Sequence record: PZ386971.1
From: a phage
Direction: 5' to 3' (one strand)
DNA: 64,000 bases
Shown here piece after piece: positions 26,112-35,745 of this stretch. The translations under genes were made by a program, and so were the position numbers. Positions within the stretch are counted from its first letter, which is position 1, and every line of letters starts with the position of its first letter. The notes beneath the pieces are model-generated. The model searched no databases. It worked only from the letters and a program-made list of their open reading frames with translations, and was not told the origin of the DNA.

Positions 26112-28394
26112 ATGATTAACGTTATAAAACGTGACGGATCTTCTGTCCCATTTGATATTGAGAAACTACACGCAGTCGTAGACCGCGCATGTGATGGCCT
26201 GTCTGGTGTGTCAATGTCAGAGGTGATCGCTGCATCGAAGATTCAGTTCACCGACAACATGAGAACAGATCGCATTCAGGATATCCTCATCCAGGCTGCG
26301 GCTTCACTGATCTCTGTAGAGAAACCCAACTACCAGTATGTGGCCGCTCGCCTGAAGTCATATGATCTGCGCAAGGCTGTCTATGGCCAGTACAAGCCGC
26401 CTCACCTGCTGGACATCTTCGTCAAGAACATCAAACAGCGCGTGTATGATCGTGAGTTCCTTGATCTCTACACGACCGAAGAGTTCAACGAGCTGAACGA
26501 TGTTATTAACCACAAACGTGACAAGAACTTCACGTGGGCGGCCATGGGCCAGCTGACAGAGAAGTATCTGCTGCGCGACCGTTCCAAGAAAGACAGCAAG
26601 ATCTTCTATGAAACTCCACAGGTCATGTACATGGGCATCGCCATGGCGTTGTTCTCCAACTGGGACAAAGCCAGCCGCCTGGAGATGGTGAAAAAGTTCT
26701 ATGAATATGCCAGCACAGGCAAGTTCAGTCTTCCCACCCCGATTATGGCAGGTGTTCGTACTCCTACCCGTCAGTTCAGTTCCTGTGTGTTAATCAAGAC
26801 GGATGACACCCTGAACTCTATCAACGCAACAGCCAAGACCATCGTTGACTATGTGTCCAAACGTGCGGGTATCGGCTTCGATGTCGGGGCAATCCGTGGG
26901 ATTGGTAGTCCTATTCGCGGCGGAGAGATGGTTCACACAGGCCTGATCCCGTTCATCAAGTATCTCACTGGGGCACTCAAATCGTGCTCTCAGGGCGGCA
27001 TTCGTGGTGGTGCAGCAACAGCGTACATCCCTCTGTGGCATTACCAGTTCGATGACGTCGTTGTTCTGAAGAACAACCGTGGTACTGAAGAAAACCGCGA
27101 ACGCCGTATCGACTATGGCATTCAGATCAACCGCGTGATGTTTGAGCGCCTGGTTGCCAAGCAGCCTCTGTATCTGTTCGACCCGAAAGACAACCGCGAA
27201 ATGTATGAAGCATACTTCGCTGACGTTGACAAGTTCCGTACTCTGTATGAGAACATGATCAAGGCCGCTGATGCTGGTTTGGTTCGTGCTAAAAAGTTGC
27301 AGGCAGAAGAGGTGTTCCAGATGCTGTTAGACCAGCGTTCAGACACAGGCCGCATCTACATCGCATTTGTCGATCACATGAATGAATACAGTCCATTCAA
27401 CCTAGACACGATTTATTCTTCAAATCTTTGTTTAGAAATCGCCCTGCCGACCCGTGAGTTTGAGCAGTACAACGATGAAAACGGGCGCGTGGCTCTGTGC
27501 ACCCTGGCTTCCTTCAACCTGACAGCGTTCGAAGATCCTACGGAAATGGAAGACGTGGCGTTCGTGTTGGTGTCTGCGCTGGACATGCTGTTGGAATATC
27601 AGGACTATCCAGCGATTCAGGCTCGCAAGGCTGTTGAAGACTATCGTCCTCTGGGTGTTGGTATCGTGAACGTGGCTCACTTCCTGGCCAAGAACTTCAC
27701 GGGCTATGGCTCACCAGCTGGTCTTGAAATGCTGGATGCGTGGATGGCACACCTGCACTTCTATCTGGTCAAGGCGTCCAACCGTCTGGCCATGAAGTTC
27801 GGGGCGTGTAAACGCAGAACCATCCACAATAATGGGCAGGTCACCGCCGACCTTCAGCCGCTTCCACTTGATATCCTACCAAATGGCAAGAAGCCAGAAG
27901 GGATGGCATACGGGCTGGATTGGGATGAGTTGAAGGATAATCTGAAGACCTATGGTATCCGCAACGCCACTCTGCTGGCAGTAGCCCCTACCGAAAGCTC
28001 CTCACAGGTCCTCAACGCAACGAACGGCATTGAGCCACCGAAGGGCTTGGTGAGCATCAAGGGTAGCAAGGACGGCACTTATAAGCAGGTCGTCCCGGAC
28101 GTTGAGACCCTTGGACCGATGTATGACCTCAAGTGGGACCTGGACTGTATTGAGTACCTGAAGACCGCTGCTGTCATCCAGCGCTGGGTTGACCAGTCCA
28201 TCAGTACCAACACGTGGTATGACCCAGAGAAGTACCCTGACAGCAAGATCCCTCGCGCCAAGATGATGCAGGATATCCTGTCGTTCTATATGTGGGGTGG
28301 CAAGACTCTGTATTACAACACAAACAAGGACGCCAAGGAAGACGAAGAGCTGAAGCAGGCTGAGGAAACTCAGTGCGATAGCTGTGTTGTATAA
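26112..28394 (+). CDS. nrdA: ribonucleoside-diphosphate reductase large subunit (class Ia NrdA)
   Basis: 760 aa; ATP-cone N-terminus, active-site NLCLEI, C-terminal Cys pair. Confidence 0.9.
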   Translation: MINVIKRDGSSVPFDIEKLHAVVDRACDGLSGVSMSEVIAASKIQFTDNMRTDRIQDILIQAAASLISVEKPNYQYVAARLKSYDLRKAVYGQYKPPHLLDIFVKNIKQRVYDREFLDLYTTEEFNELNDVINHKRDKNFTWAAMGQLTEKYLLRDRSKKDSKIFYETPQVMYMGIAMALFSNWDKASRLEMVKKFYEYASTGKFSLPTPIMAGVRTPTRQFSSCVLIKTDDTLNSINATAKTIVDYVSKRAGIGFDVGAIRGIGSPIRGGEMVHTGLIPFIKYLTGALKSCSQGGIRGGAATAYIPLWHYQFDDVVVLKNNRGTEENRERRIDYGIQINRVMFERLVAKQPLYLFDPKDNREMYEAYFADVDKFRTLYENMIKAADAGLVRAKKLQAEEVFQMLLDQRSDTGRIYIAFVDHMNEYSPFNLDTIYSSNLCLEIALPTREFEQYNDENGRVALCTLASFNLTAFEDPTEMEDVAFVLVSALDMLLEYQDYPAIQARKAVEDYRPLGVGIVNVAHFLAKNFTGYGSPAGLEMLDAWMAHLHFYLVKASNRLAMKFGACKRRTIHNNGQVTADLQPLPLDILPNGKKPEGMAYGLDWDELKDNLKTYGIRNATLLAVAPTESSSQVLNATNGIEPPKGLVSIKGSKDGTYKQVVPDVETLGPMYDLKWDLDCIEYLKTAAVIQRWVDQSISTNTWYDPEKYPDSKIPRAKMMQDILSFYMWGGKTLYYNTNKDAKEDEELKQAEETQCDSCVV

Positions 28395-28463
28395 ATTGGT
28401 CTAAACCTACTACCGTTATATCATCAGGGGTGAGAGATCACCCCTATTCATCAGGAGTTCTAT

Positions 28464-28757
28464 ATGTTCCAAACGTTATTGTTAGTCCCTGGCCAACCAG
28501 GTATCTTGCTCGAACACAACAGCAAAATGGAAGCGGAGAATGTTCTGCGCAACGTGAAGGTGGCCACTGCTTGGCACAACGGCGGCGAAGTCACGGCTAT
28601 CCCGTTGAACTACACGGATCCAATGGATACTGTGAACCGTACTCACATCCTTCTAGACCTCAGCAAATTACCTGCAGACAAACGCCGGGATTTTGTTGTT
28701 AACATCAAGAATTACATTACCACCGAACAGATCAAACTCCACGAAGGCAAGGCATAA
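28464..28757 (+). CDS. hypothetical protein between nrdA and nrdB (97 aa)
   Basis: ATG after hairpin GGGGTGA ... TCACCCC; stop 1 nt before nrdB start. Confidence 0.45.
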   Translation: MFQTLLLVPGQPGILLEHNSKMEAENVLRNVKVATAWHNGGEVTAIPLNYTDPMDTVNRTHILLDLSKLPADKRRDFVVNIKNYITTEQIKLHEGKA

Positions 28758-28758
28758 C

Positions 28759-29862
28759 ATGAGCGAACAGAAACAATTCTCCGTATTCGACCCAAGCTCC
28801 GATAACACTGGTCTGCCGTTCTTCGGTGACCCAGTGAGCATTCAGCGTTACGATGTCGTGGCCTGGCCATTCGTACAGAAGTGGTATGAGAAAGGTCTCA
28901 GTCAATTCTGGCGTCCTGAAGAGGTGGACATCACCAAGGACAAGGCAGACTTCGCTACTCTGAACGAAGCAGAGAAACATGTCTACTTCAGCAACCTGAA
29001 GCGCCAGACCATGCTGGACTCTATCCAGGGTGCGGCTCCGTTCGAGGCGTTTGGTCCATGGGCGTCTACCCCTGAAATGCAGTTTGCTGTCCTTGAATGG
29101 ACGCGCCAGGAAGCCATTCACTCTTTATCTTACACCCACATTTTGCGCAATACTGTGAACGATCCAGGTATTGTGTTTGACCACGTACTGGATGTTGTGG
29201 AGATCGTGGACTGTGCTCACCAGATCAGTGTGTACTACGATGACATGGTACAGTACAGTGGCATGCGTATGGCCGGACGCATCTTCACCCGAGAAGATCT
29301 GATGAATGCCAAACGCGCATTCTGGCGTGCTCTGTTTGCTGCCAACACACTGGAAGGCATCCGCTTCTACGTGTCCTTTGCATGCTCTTGGGCATTCACA
29401 CAGTTCCAGAAGAAGATGGAAGGCAATGCCAAAATCATTCGACAGATCGCCCGTGATGAGCAGGATCACCTGATCCTGACCCAGACGCTGCTAAACCGCC
29501 TGCCTGGTATGGACCCTGACTTTGCAATCATCCGTGAGGAACTGCGTGGTGAGATGACCCAGATGTTCCTGGACGTGGTTCATCAAGAGAAGGAGTGGGC
29601 GAACTACCTATTCAAAGACGGTTCCATCCTGGGGCTGAACGCCAAGATCCTTCATCAGATGGTAGACTGGCTGGCAACCCACCGAATGGGCGCTATCGGG
29701 CATCCATATCCCGGTGAACCTCGCAAGGAGAACCCAGTCCCATGGATTAATGACTGGCTAGATAATAAGGCAATGCAGTACGCGTTGCAGGAAGCGGAAG
29801 CTCCTGATTATCTGATGGGTGTACTGACTGGTTCGGTATCCGATGGCCTCAAATTCGCTTAA
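28759..29862 (+). CDS. nrdB: ribonucleoside-diphosphate reductase small subunit (NrdB)
   Basis: Ferritin-like di-iron protein next to nrdA; internal ATG. Confidence 0.85.
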   Translation: MSEQKQFSVFDPSSDNTGLPFFGDPVSIQRYDVVAWPFVQKWYEKGLSQFWRPEEVDITKDKADFATLNEAEKHVYFSNLKRQTMLDSIQGAAPFEAFGPWASTPEMQFAVLEWTRQEAIHSLSYTHILRNTVNDPGIVFDHVLDVVEIVDCAHQISVYYDDMVQYSGMRMAGRIFTREDLMNAKRAFWRALFAANTLEGIRFYVSFACSWAFTQFQKKMEGNAKIIRQIARDEQDHLILTQTLLNRLPGMDPDFAIIREELRGEMTQMFLDVVHQEKEWANYLFKDGSILGLNAKILHQMVDWLATHRMGAIGHPYPGEPRKENPVPWINDWLDNKAMQYALQEAEAPDYLMGVLTGSVSDGLKFA

Positions 29863-29871
29863 AGGTGAGAA

Positions 29872-30096
29872 ATGATTACTATCTATTCCAAACAAGGTTG
29901 CGCTCAGTGTGTAACAGCCGAAAATCTGTGCAAAATGAAAGGGCTGGAACACAAGATCCTCAAGCTGGACAAAGATTACCGGCTGGAAGAACTTCAGCAG
30001 TTGACGGGTAAGCCGCGCGTGTCGATGCCTGTAATCGTCCTCGCTGACCAGACCGTGACCGACGTTAATGGACTCGCCGCCAGCCTTAAACGCTGA
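29872..30096 (+). CDS. glutaredoxin-like protein (CxxC: GCAQC)
   Basis: 74 aa thioredoxin-fold with CAQC immediately after nrdB. Confidence 0.7.
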   Translation: MITIYSKQGCAQCVTAENLCKMKGLEHKILKLDKDYRLEELQQLTGKPRVSMPVIVLADQTVTDVNGLAASLKR

Positions 30097-30102
30097 CAAG
30101 CC

Positions 30103-30151
30103 AAAGCCCCTCATTGAGGGGCTTTACTTCTATAATCCCTGCGCTTATACT
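30103..30151 (+). promoter_or_regulatory. terminator hairpin (AGCCCCTC ... GAGGGGCT) fused to early promoter TTTACT-N17-TATACT
   Basis: Same cassette architecture as at 549-612. Confidence 0.55.
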
Positions 30152-30202
30152 TCCCAGTAATTCATTGGCATTCGCCACAAATTGAACAGCAGGAACTATA
30201 TC

Positions 30203-30442
30203 ATGACCGACTCTGAAGTCTACGACACCTCAATGAAATACCACGCCATGACAGCCAAACGCGGCTGTGCTGCTAACAAGGCATATTGGATAGGTGAACT
30301 CAGAACCCTCCGCGCCGTGGTCAACCACGAAATCATTATGAATCACGACAACAACGGTCAAGGTAAAGACCGAGAAGAATTGAAGGTTGCTCGTGAACGT
30401 CTTCGCTTTGGTCTGACCAAAGCCCTTGAATATGTGAAATAA
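30203..30442 (+). CDS. hypothetical early protein (80 aa)
   Basis: ATG after conserved leader AGGAACTATATCATGAC. Confidence 0.45.
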   Translation: MTDSEVYDTSMKYHAMTAKRGCAANKAYWIGELRTLRAVVNHEIIMNHDNNGQGKDREELKVARERLRFGLTKALEYVK

Positions 30443-30453
30443 GGAACTATATC

Positions 30454-30915
30454 ATGACAAACAAAGTACTCACCAACCCACTGCACAACTTCGGTTACAT
30501 TCAACTCCCTCTGGTGATCGACACCCTGTACGCCGACGACAAAGAAGAGATCTGCTGGTCACCCACCGCACTGATTGAACGCGAAATCTTCAAGTCTGTT
30601 GTTGATGTCATGTTCCGTATCGGTCGCAATGGACCTCTGGTCTACCTCGGCAAGGTGACTGAGTTGAAGACAAGCCACAACGAACGCTTCCTTCGTATCG
30701 ATACAACGGGGTGCTCTCATCAGGACTTCAACACATTGCGCAATTATGTTCTGGTCAACCGCCCGGTCAGTCAACACCGCCCGTATCTGACGTCAATGCA
30801 CATCGACAATTTCATCACCGACGTACACCTCCGCGCCGAAACCCTCCATGAAGAGGAAACAGGCCGAGCTATCGACACAGTCTTAAATATGGTTGTGATC
30901 ACCCTGGCGGAGTAG
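30454..30915 (+). CDS. hypothetical early protein (153 aa)
   Basis: ATG after conserved leader. Confidence 0.5.
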   Translation: MTNKVLTNPLHNFGYIQLPLVIDTLYADDKEEICWSPTALIEREIFKSVVDVMFRIGRNGPLVYLGKVTELKTSHNERFLRIDTTGCSHQDFNTLRNYVLVNRPVSQHRPYLTSMHIDNFITDVHLRAETLHEEETGRAIDTVLNMVVITLAE

Positions 30916-30920
30916 TCCTC

Positions 30921-31271
30921 ATGCAAGATTACAAAGAGTTGAGAATGCAGCTGGCAGTCCCCATACCAGACAAAGGTTTATACCAGAACCTGCATCATCT
31001 GATGTCTGAAGGGCATATGCTGCCCTTGCGGTCTGAGGATGGATCTCAGATCGGTTATGCCACCAGTTGCGTGGTCTACGACAAACCAGGAGACGAAGAG
31101 CGCGGAAAGGTCAGTGTGGGTTCCAGATTTGTGTTGAACAAGAAGCTGGAGGGATCAGTGGTTGACGTCAGGCCGATGATTATCCTCTACCAATTCAACG
31201 GCAAAGAAATGTTCAGGTTATTGAGCCACTTCATGTTAGTCGTGGCTCCGGCATTCAGGACGAAATTCTAA
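30921..31271 (+). CDS. hypothetical protein (116 aa)
   Basis: ATG with GGAG RBS. Confidence 0.4.
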   Translation: MQDYKELRMQLAVPIPDKGLYQNLHHLMSEGHMLPLRSEDGSQIGYATSCVVYDKPGDEERGKVSVGSRFVLNKKLEGSVVDVRPMIILYQFNGKEMFRLLSHFMLVVAPAFRTKF

Positions 31272-31648
31272 TTCGTCCTTTTCAACCACACGGTGTCTGT
31301 TATTGGATCTGGATTGTTGACCACATAGAATGTGATGGTCACGCCCAGAGAGTGGTAATCCTCTGACAGACTCACCGTGACTTCTTCTACCTCTGCTCTG
31401 GGTTCATACAGGGCGATGGCGTCCTCTACTTTGTTCTTCACATCTACCTGGATAGTCGGTGTCGTGTTTTCACCCAGCAGCCCATAAAGTCCCGCGCCGA
31501 TCCCAGGATAAGTGGGCCAGTCCCCGACTGAAGACATGACGATATTCCGCACGGATTGTAAGACAGCATACACACCTGATTTCATGGTGACATCTTTGGT
31601 CACCGGATGCATGCCGAACTTCAGATCGACATCTTTATACTCTTTCAT
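31268..31648 (-). CDS. baseplate wedge protein, gp25/GPW-like
   Basis: About 126 aa with gp25-family layout, immediately downstream of gp5-like gene. Confidence 0.6.
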   Translation of the reverse strand: MKEYKDVDLKFGMHPVTKDVTMKSGVYAVLQSVRNIVMSSVGDWPTYPGIGAGLYGLLGENTTPTIQVDVKNKVEDAIALYEPRAEVEEVTVSLSEDYHSLGVTITFYVVNNPDPITDTVWLKRTN

Positions 31649-31721
31649 TTCGCGATCCTCTCAGGATGCCTATAAGGAGCAGAGAGACGTGCTGTCCCTC
31701 TGCCACTAAACTTATACCAAC

Positions 31722-33332
31722 TTACTCTTTGGTGCCGAAATTACCACCATTGTCTTTTAATTCTGCCTTGATGTCAATCTCACCCGGACCCGTAGGGGAT
31801 GCAGGGGTTGCACCTGACAGAGAAGAAGCGCGACCAGCACCTTCGGCATATATGATGTTACCATTGATCGTCTGAGCGACAGTCAGTTTGTCAGCGATTA
31901 TCTCAGTCGTTAGAATCTTAGGAACCTTCAATGTCCCACCGACCTCCAGAGTCTCGCAGATAATGCGCAGAATATTCTGCGCTTGCATTTCCGCTAGGTC
32001 ACTGAATTTCATCAGCGCTGTGCCCGCAACCACGTTGGAGTAATTGTTGGAATGCAAATGATAGACCTCACCTGTCTTGCGCTGAACTTCAGTTCCTTTG
32101 ACCGTCAGGTTGTGGTCCCCGCCGACATAATAACGCTTGTTGAACATCGTCAGGTCATAGTGGTCTTTGACGGACTTGTTGACCACATCACCATCCGGCA
32201 ACATTTGCTTGTAAGACCCAGACTTATGCATCCAGTGAAGACGTTCACCACCAGGGGTGTCGTCCACTTCCATAATATGCCCAGCTCGGGACACCATGAC
32301 GTTATTGTACGGGTATTTAGATCCACCCGCAGCCGGAACCATGGTTTCTCCAGTGTTGTCAATATCCTGTACTCGCCCAGTAGGAGCCGGAGTCGGTTGT
32401 TCCTTTGGGGTACGATCTGGGATAGGTTCTGACCATTTACCATTCTGCTGCGCAGGCGCGGCTGTGGCTGTGTTAGCAGGACCAGGCCAACGATATCCCA
32501 AGACCGAAGAACGTCTGAAACGACTGACCTTCACTGAATCGGATTGGTTGCCACCAATACACCAGACATAGTTTGCATCGAACTTCTGCACAAACGCTAC
32601 GTGTCCAAATGTGGGGTTGTTACCACGCCGGAAGACTACGATAGCGCCATATTGTGGTGCTGACAGTGCAGTACCCCATGTAAGGTAAGATCGGGCAAGA
32701 GCGGAGCGTGTAGACGTGTATCCAGCCTGTATCATAACCCAACCCACGAACGCCGCACACCACGACACTTCATCTTCAGAAGCACCAAGGGAGGTTGTCT
32801 TGTGATATTCTATAATGCGCGGGTTGTTGTTGAACTTTCCGGCATACTCCTTGATACCTAATTCGCCACGAGCGATTGTCATCCACTTCTCTGGATCATA
32901 CCCACCAACAGGTGGTTGTGGATCTGGTTGTGGTTCGTCTTCTTGTTTCACAGGAACGTCAGTGACAGCGTTGTACGCCTGACGTTCTACAGATTGAACG
33001 ACCTGCCCGAGAGCCAGTGGGTTTGTGTCGGCGCCATCAGTAGGACTTGAACCAGTCCAAGTCCAGGTGATGCGTAAATTCTGGTATGCTTCGTCAAGGG
33101 CGAACCCCATAACCTCAGTACCAGGAATGATACCCGTTGGAGACCAACCTAAACCAGCAGAGGAGGCGTTAGAAGCAGGCATCAGTACCTTCGCCCACGG
33201 GAGTTTGTCTGTAGGCAGGAGGACGGGATCGTCGGTGTGTACGCCATAGATGCGGACGGCGACGCGCCCGTTTTGGTCTGGATCGTTGACATCTTCAACG
33301 GTGCCGTAAAACCATCTCATATTGTCTAACAT
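31722..33332 (-). CDS. baseplate central spike, gp5-like, with embedded cell-wall hydrolase domain (TIGR02594/CHAP-like)
   Basis: N-terminus RWFYGTVEDVNDPDQNGRVAVRIYGVHTDD matches gp5 OB domain; hydrolase segment; C-terminal beta-helix-like repeats. Confidence 0.7.
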   Translation of the reverse strand: MLDNMRWFYGTVEDVNDPDQNGRVAVRIYGVHTDDPVLLPTDKLPWAKVLMPASNASSAGLGWSPTGIIPGTEVMGFALDEAYQNLRITWTWTGSSPTDGADTNPLALGQVVQSVERQAYNAVTDVPVKQEDEPQPDPQPPVGGYDPEKWMTIARGELGIKEYAGKFNNNPRIIEYHKTTSLGASEDEVSWCAAFVGWVMIQAGYTSTRSALARSYLTWGTALSAPQYGAIVVFRRGNNPTFGHVAFVQKFDANYVWCIGGNQSDSVKVSRFRRSSVLGYRWPGPANTATAAPAQQNGKWSEPIPDRTPKEQPTPAPTGRVQDIDNTGETMVPAAGGSKYPYNNVMVSRAGHIMEVDDTPGGERLHWMHKSGSYKQMLPDGDVVNKSVKDHYDLTMFNKRYYVGGDHNLTVKGTEVQRKTGEVYHLHSNNYSNVVAGTALMKFSDLAEMQAQNILRIICETLEVGGTLKVPKILTTEIIADKLTVAQTINGNIIYAEGAGRASSLSGATPASPTGPGEIDIKAELKDNGGNFGTKE

Positions 33333-33364
33333 ATTGAGTTCCGGTTGTCAAACAAGGATTTGAA

Positions 33365-33377
33365 GGTATTTATGCGC
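33365..33377 (-). promoter_or_regulatory. late promoter (GCGCATAAATACC on minus strand)
   Basis: TAAATACC core about 35-45 nt upstream of gp5-like start. Confidence 0.5.
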
Positions 33378-33672
33378 AGCTGATTTTGCCTTATATACTA
33401 TAGGAAGCTCTGCTTCCGTTCATTTTATTTGTTTTATTCGATCCTATTCGCTTCGCTCATCAAACCGCCCTATGCGGGCAGCACCATTCCAATGCCATGG
33501 AGGCATAAGGGCGAGGCAATAACTGTACACCCCAGAACACTCCTTGAAAAATGGTATTTTACTGACAATCTGATTCAAAACAGACAAACACCAACAAATG
33601 ACTCGGGAACAAGCCCATTATAGCAATTTCAGGTAAAAAGAGCGCGTGTTAACCGATTTTACAGTTAAGCCA

Positions 33673-33695
33673 ATAAAAATCCCGCCGAAGCGGGA
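33673..33695 (-). terminator. rho-independent terminator on minus strand (AATCCCGC-ttcg-GCGGGATT TTTATT)
   Basis: Perfect stem plus T run after small ORF stop. Confidence 0.65.
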
Positions 33696-33845
33696 TTACT
33701 GTTTCTTAGACAACCTGACCTTGAGGGCTTCGGTTAACAAGTCAAGATGCCATGGCATCGACTCGTTGATTTCAAATATGCTATAGCCGTGTAACTTCAA
33801 TTCATCACACATCACGAAGTAGGATAATAAATCAGTTTCAAACAT
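33696..33845 (-). CDS. small protein (49 aa, not in ORF track)
   Basis: ATG overlapping upstream stop (TAATG); terminator follows. Confidence 0.4.
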   Translation of the reverse strand: MFETDLLSYFVMCDELKLHGYSIFEINESMPWHLDLLTEALKVRLSKKQ

Positions 33846-34651
33846 TAAATGAAAATTTCATTAATACTATTGAATTCGATTTTGTGCTCCTTACCACATT
33901 TCGGACACTTGATCGAACTCTTGTAGTGGATGCGCGGTATTTTATGGAAGAAGTTCTTCGTAATGCTGTCAATAACATCTGATTCGATGTTATCCTTCAC
34001 CCACTCAACAAACGCTTCTTTCACACGGCGGCGCTCAGTAGCCTCTTCCGGAGTGATTCCGATTTCTTCAGGATTCTCAACCTTCCACACCTGACCGTCA
34101 TCATCGTACAGACAGTCGATAAAGGTGGCCAGCATCATCTCAACGCTTGCAGCATCAGACAGTGCCGTAGCGTCCGAGAAGGAAGGTTGGCGCATCTTGA
34201 GGTGATATCCACCTGGCAGGTCAAACGTCTCCCGGAAGCCGTCCTGAGCAATGCATTTGACGTTGTTCAACGGGATAGGTAGAGTCAGTTCCTGCTCACA
34301 GGGAACCATCTGGTGCTTTTCTTGACCATCTCCCAGATCGATCGTTTCTTCAATCTGATTATTGCACTTATAACGAATCTTCATCAATTCACCGATGGAG
34401 ATCATGCGCATGCGGATGAACACTTCCTCAACAACGCCGATTGGCAGTTTACTGAAAGGTGCGCCTGCATTTACACACTCGCTAAAGAGACTCTCCATCA
34501 TGGCCGCGCGTTCTTCAATCGGCGTTTGCGGATCTGACACCTGAAGTAATAAAGTTTGTTGCCCCGCAGTAAAGGCGCGATATTTGATCACAGTAGGCCA
34601 AAAGTCGCTTTTATATGTCTTTTCTGTTCTGGGCAATGATGGTAAATTCAT
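33845..34651 (-). CDS. putative baseplate-associated protein with C-terminal CxxC (268 aa)
   Basis: ATG 34651 with GGAG RBS (track ORF starts at GTG 34765); located upstream of gp5/gp25. Confidence 0.4.
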   Translation of the reverse strand: MNLPSLPRTEKTYKSDFWPTVIKYRAFTAGQQTLLLQVSDPQTPIEERAAMMESLFSECVNAGAPFSKLPIGVVEEVFIRMRMISIGELMKIRYKCNNQIEETIDLGDGQEKHQMVPCEQELTLPIPLNNVKCIAQDGFRETFDLPGGYHLKMRQPSFSDATALSDAASVEMMLATFIDCLYDDDGQVWKVENPEEIGITPEEATERRRVKEAFVEWVKDNIESDVIDSITKNFFHKIPRIHYKSSIKCPKCGKEHKIEFNSINEIFI

Positions 34652-34694
34652 AATGTATCTCCACGGTATATTGTAAGAGTAATTATAACGAGGA

Positions 34695-35225
34695 ATGAAA
34701 ATGCGCGGATTTTGTTTTAGTGAAATAGGCAAAGAACTGTCTATACAATATCCCGATCCCAACACAGACTTCTTTATCTTCCTGACTGATTATGCCAAGA
34801 AAGAGAATATCCTCCATGTGGCAATGAAACACGAAGATTATAAGTTCTGTCGGCTGGGTGTCAAAGACCTGCTGCGTTATGGTCTACAAGTGGTCATTGT
34901 AGACCCATACTACAGCCCTATCGACGATGAAGAAGTTCTACCCGTATATGTTCACCGCAACATCAATACATTGGAAAAGCATTATCCAGATTGTATTGTC
35001 ATCGGCGAACTCATCTCGTATTATCATCGTGTGCGAAAGCTGGAACAGATTAAAAGTTATTTTCAAGAGGGTGTTGGTCAATATAAGATGAATGCCCTTA
35101 GTAGTGGATGGATGGTGCTGTCTTCAGCAGGCAGTGCTGACTATATTAAGATGCGTGTCTACCAATACGTTGTGGAGCGCGATTATGAACTGGAGAAAAG
35201 TAATGCAAAACGAAAAACCCGTTGA
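34695..35225 (+). CDS. hypothetical protein (176 aa)
   Basis: ATG with GAGGA RBS. Confidence 0.45.
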   Translation: MKMRGFCFSEIGKELSIQYPDPNTDFFIFLTDYAKKENILHVAMKHEDYKFCRLGVKDLLRYGLQVVIVDPYYSPIDDEEVLPVYVHRNINTLEKHYPDCIVIGELISYYHRVRKLEQIKSYFQEGVGQYKMNALSSGWMVLSSAGSADYIKMRVYQYVVERDYELEKSNAKRKTR

Positions 35226-35694
35226 ACGTGCTCCGATTGAGGAAGTACAACAACACGTCCTGGACCTTATGAAACACACAGTTTCTGATGCCGAAGGTAA
35301 AGTGCCGGATGAGTTCATCGGTGCGTTCGATCAGGTGGCTTTCGATACAGAGGGAGTTCCTTTGATCCAGACGATCGCTGGTATGGTTTTGTTTGAACCA
35401 AAAGCAGTAGAAAATGGCGTAATCGTCTACTCAGCCAACATCGGTGTGGACGGTGAGTCCCTGTCTCTCGAAGTTAGCAACATTGCTAAGTACCTGATCA
35501 AGTGTGGTTATGATCTGCAGGTTGTGACAGCCCACTACATCGATCCTCAGGGACAGATCTCCTACGGTGATGAAGCGCGCAAAGTGAAACGCCACATCGA
35601 CACTACCGTGATCCTGCAGAGTATCCAACAGATGCAGAAGAACCTGGACCACCCTGGTCTGATCCTACCTGATAGCAAAATCATCACCCGTTAA
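35203..35694 (+). CDS. hypothetical protein (163 aa)
   Basis: ATG 35203 with GGAG RBS; 23-nt overlap with upstream gene. Confidence 0.45.
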   Translation: MQNEKPVERAPIEEVQQHVLDLMKHTVSDAEGKVPDEFIGAFDQVAFDTEGVPLIQTIAGMVLFEPKAVENGVIVYSANIGVDGESLSLEVSNIAKYLIKCGYDLQVVTAHYIDPQGQISYGDEARKVKRHIDTTVILQSIQQMQKNLDHPGLILPDSKIITR

Positions 35695-35700
35695 CCCGGC

Positions 35701-35745
35701 GTAAATAGCCCATACACCAATGAAACTTCGTTATGGGCTATTTAC
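35701..35745. promoter_or_regulatory. perfect 13-bp inverted repeat GTAAATAGCCCAT ... ATGGGCTATTTAC containing late-promoter-like TAAATAGCC on both strands
   Basis: Exact palindrome arms with 19-nt spacer, abutting ATG 35746. Confidence 0.5.

Noticed and set aside
26112-29862. Group I intron or homing endonuclease insertions in nrdA/nrdB, as in T4
   Set aside because: Both reading frames are continuous with normal lengths (760 and 367 aa); the only inter-gene ORF (28464..28757) has no GIY-YIG or HNH motif
33429-33623. 64-aa plus-strand ORF in the gp5 upstream region
   Set aside because: TTG start without RBS, overlaps the late promoter and leader of the gp5-like gene, poor codon usage
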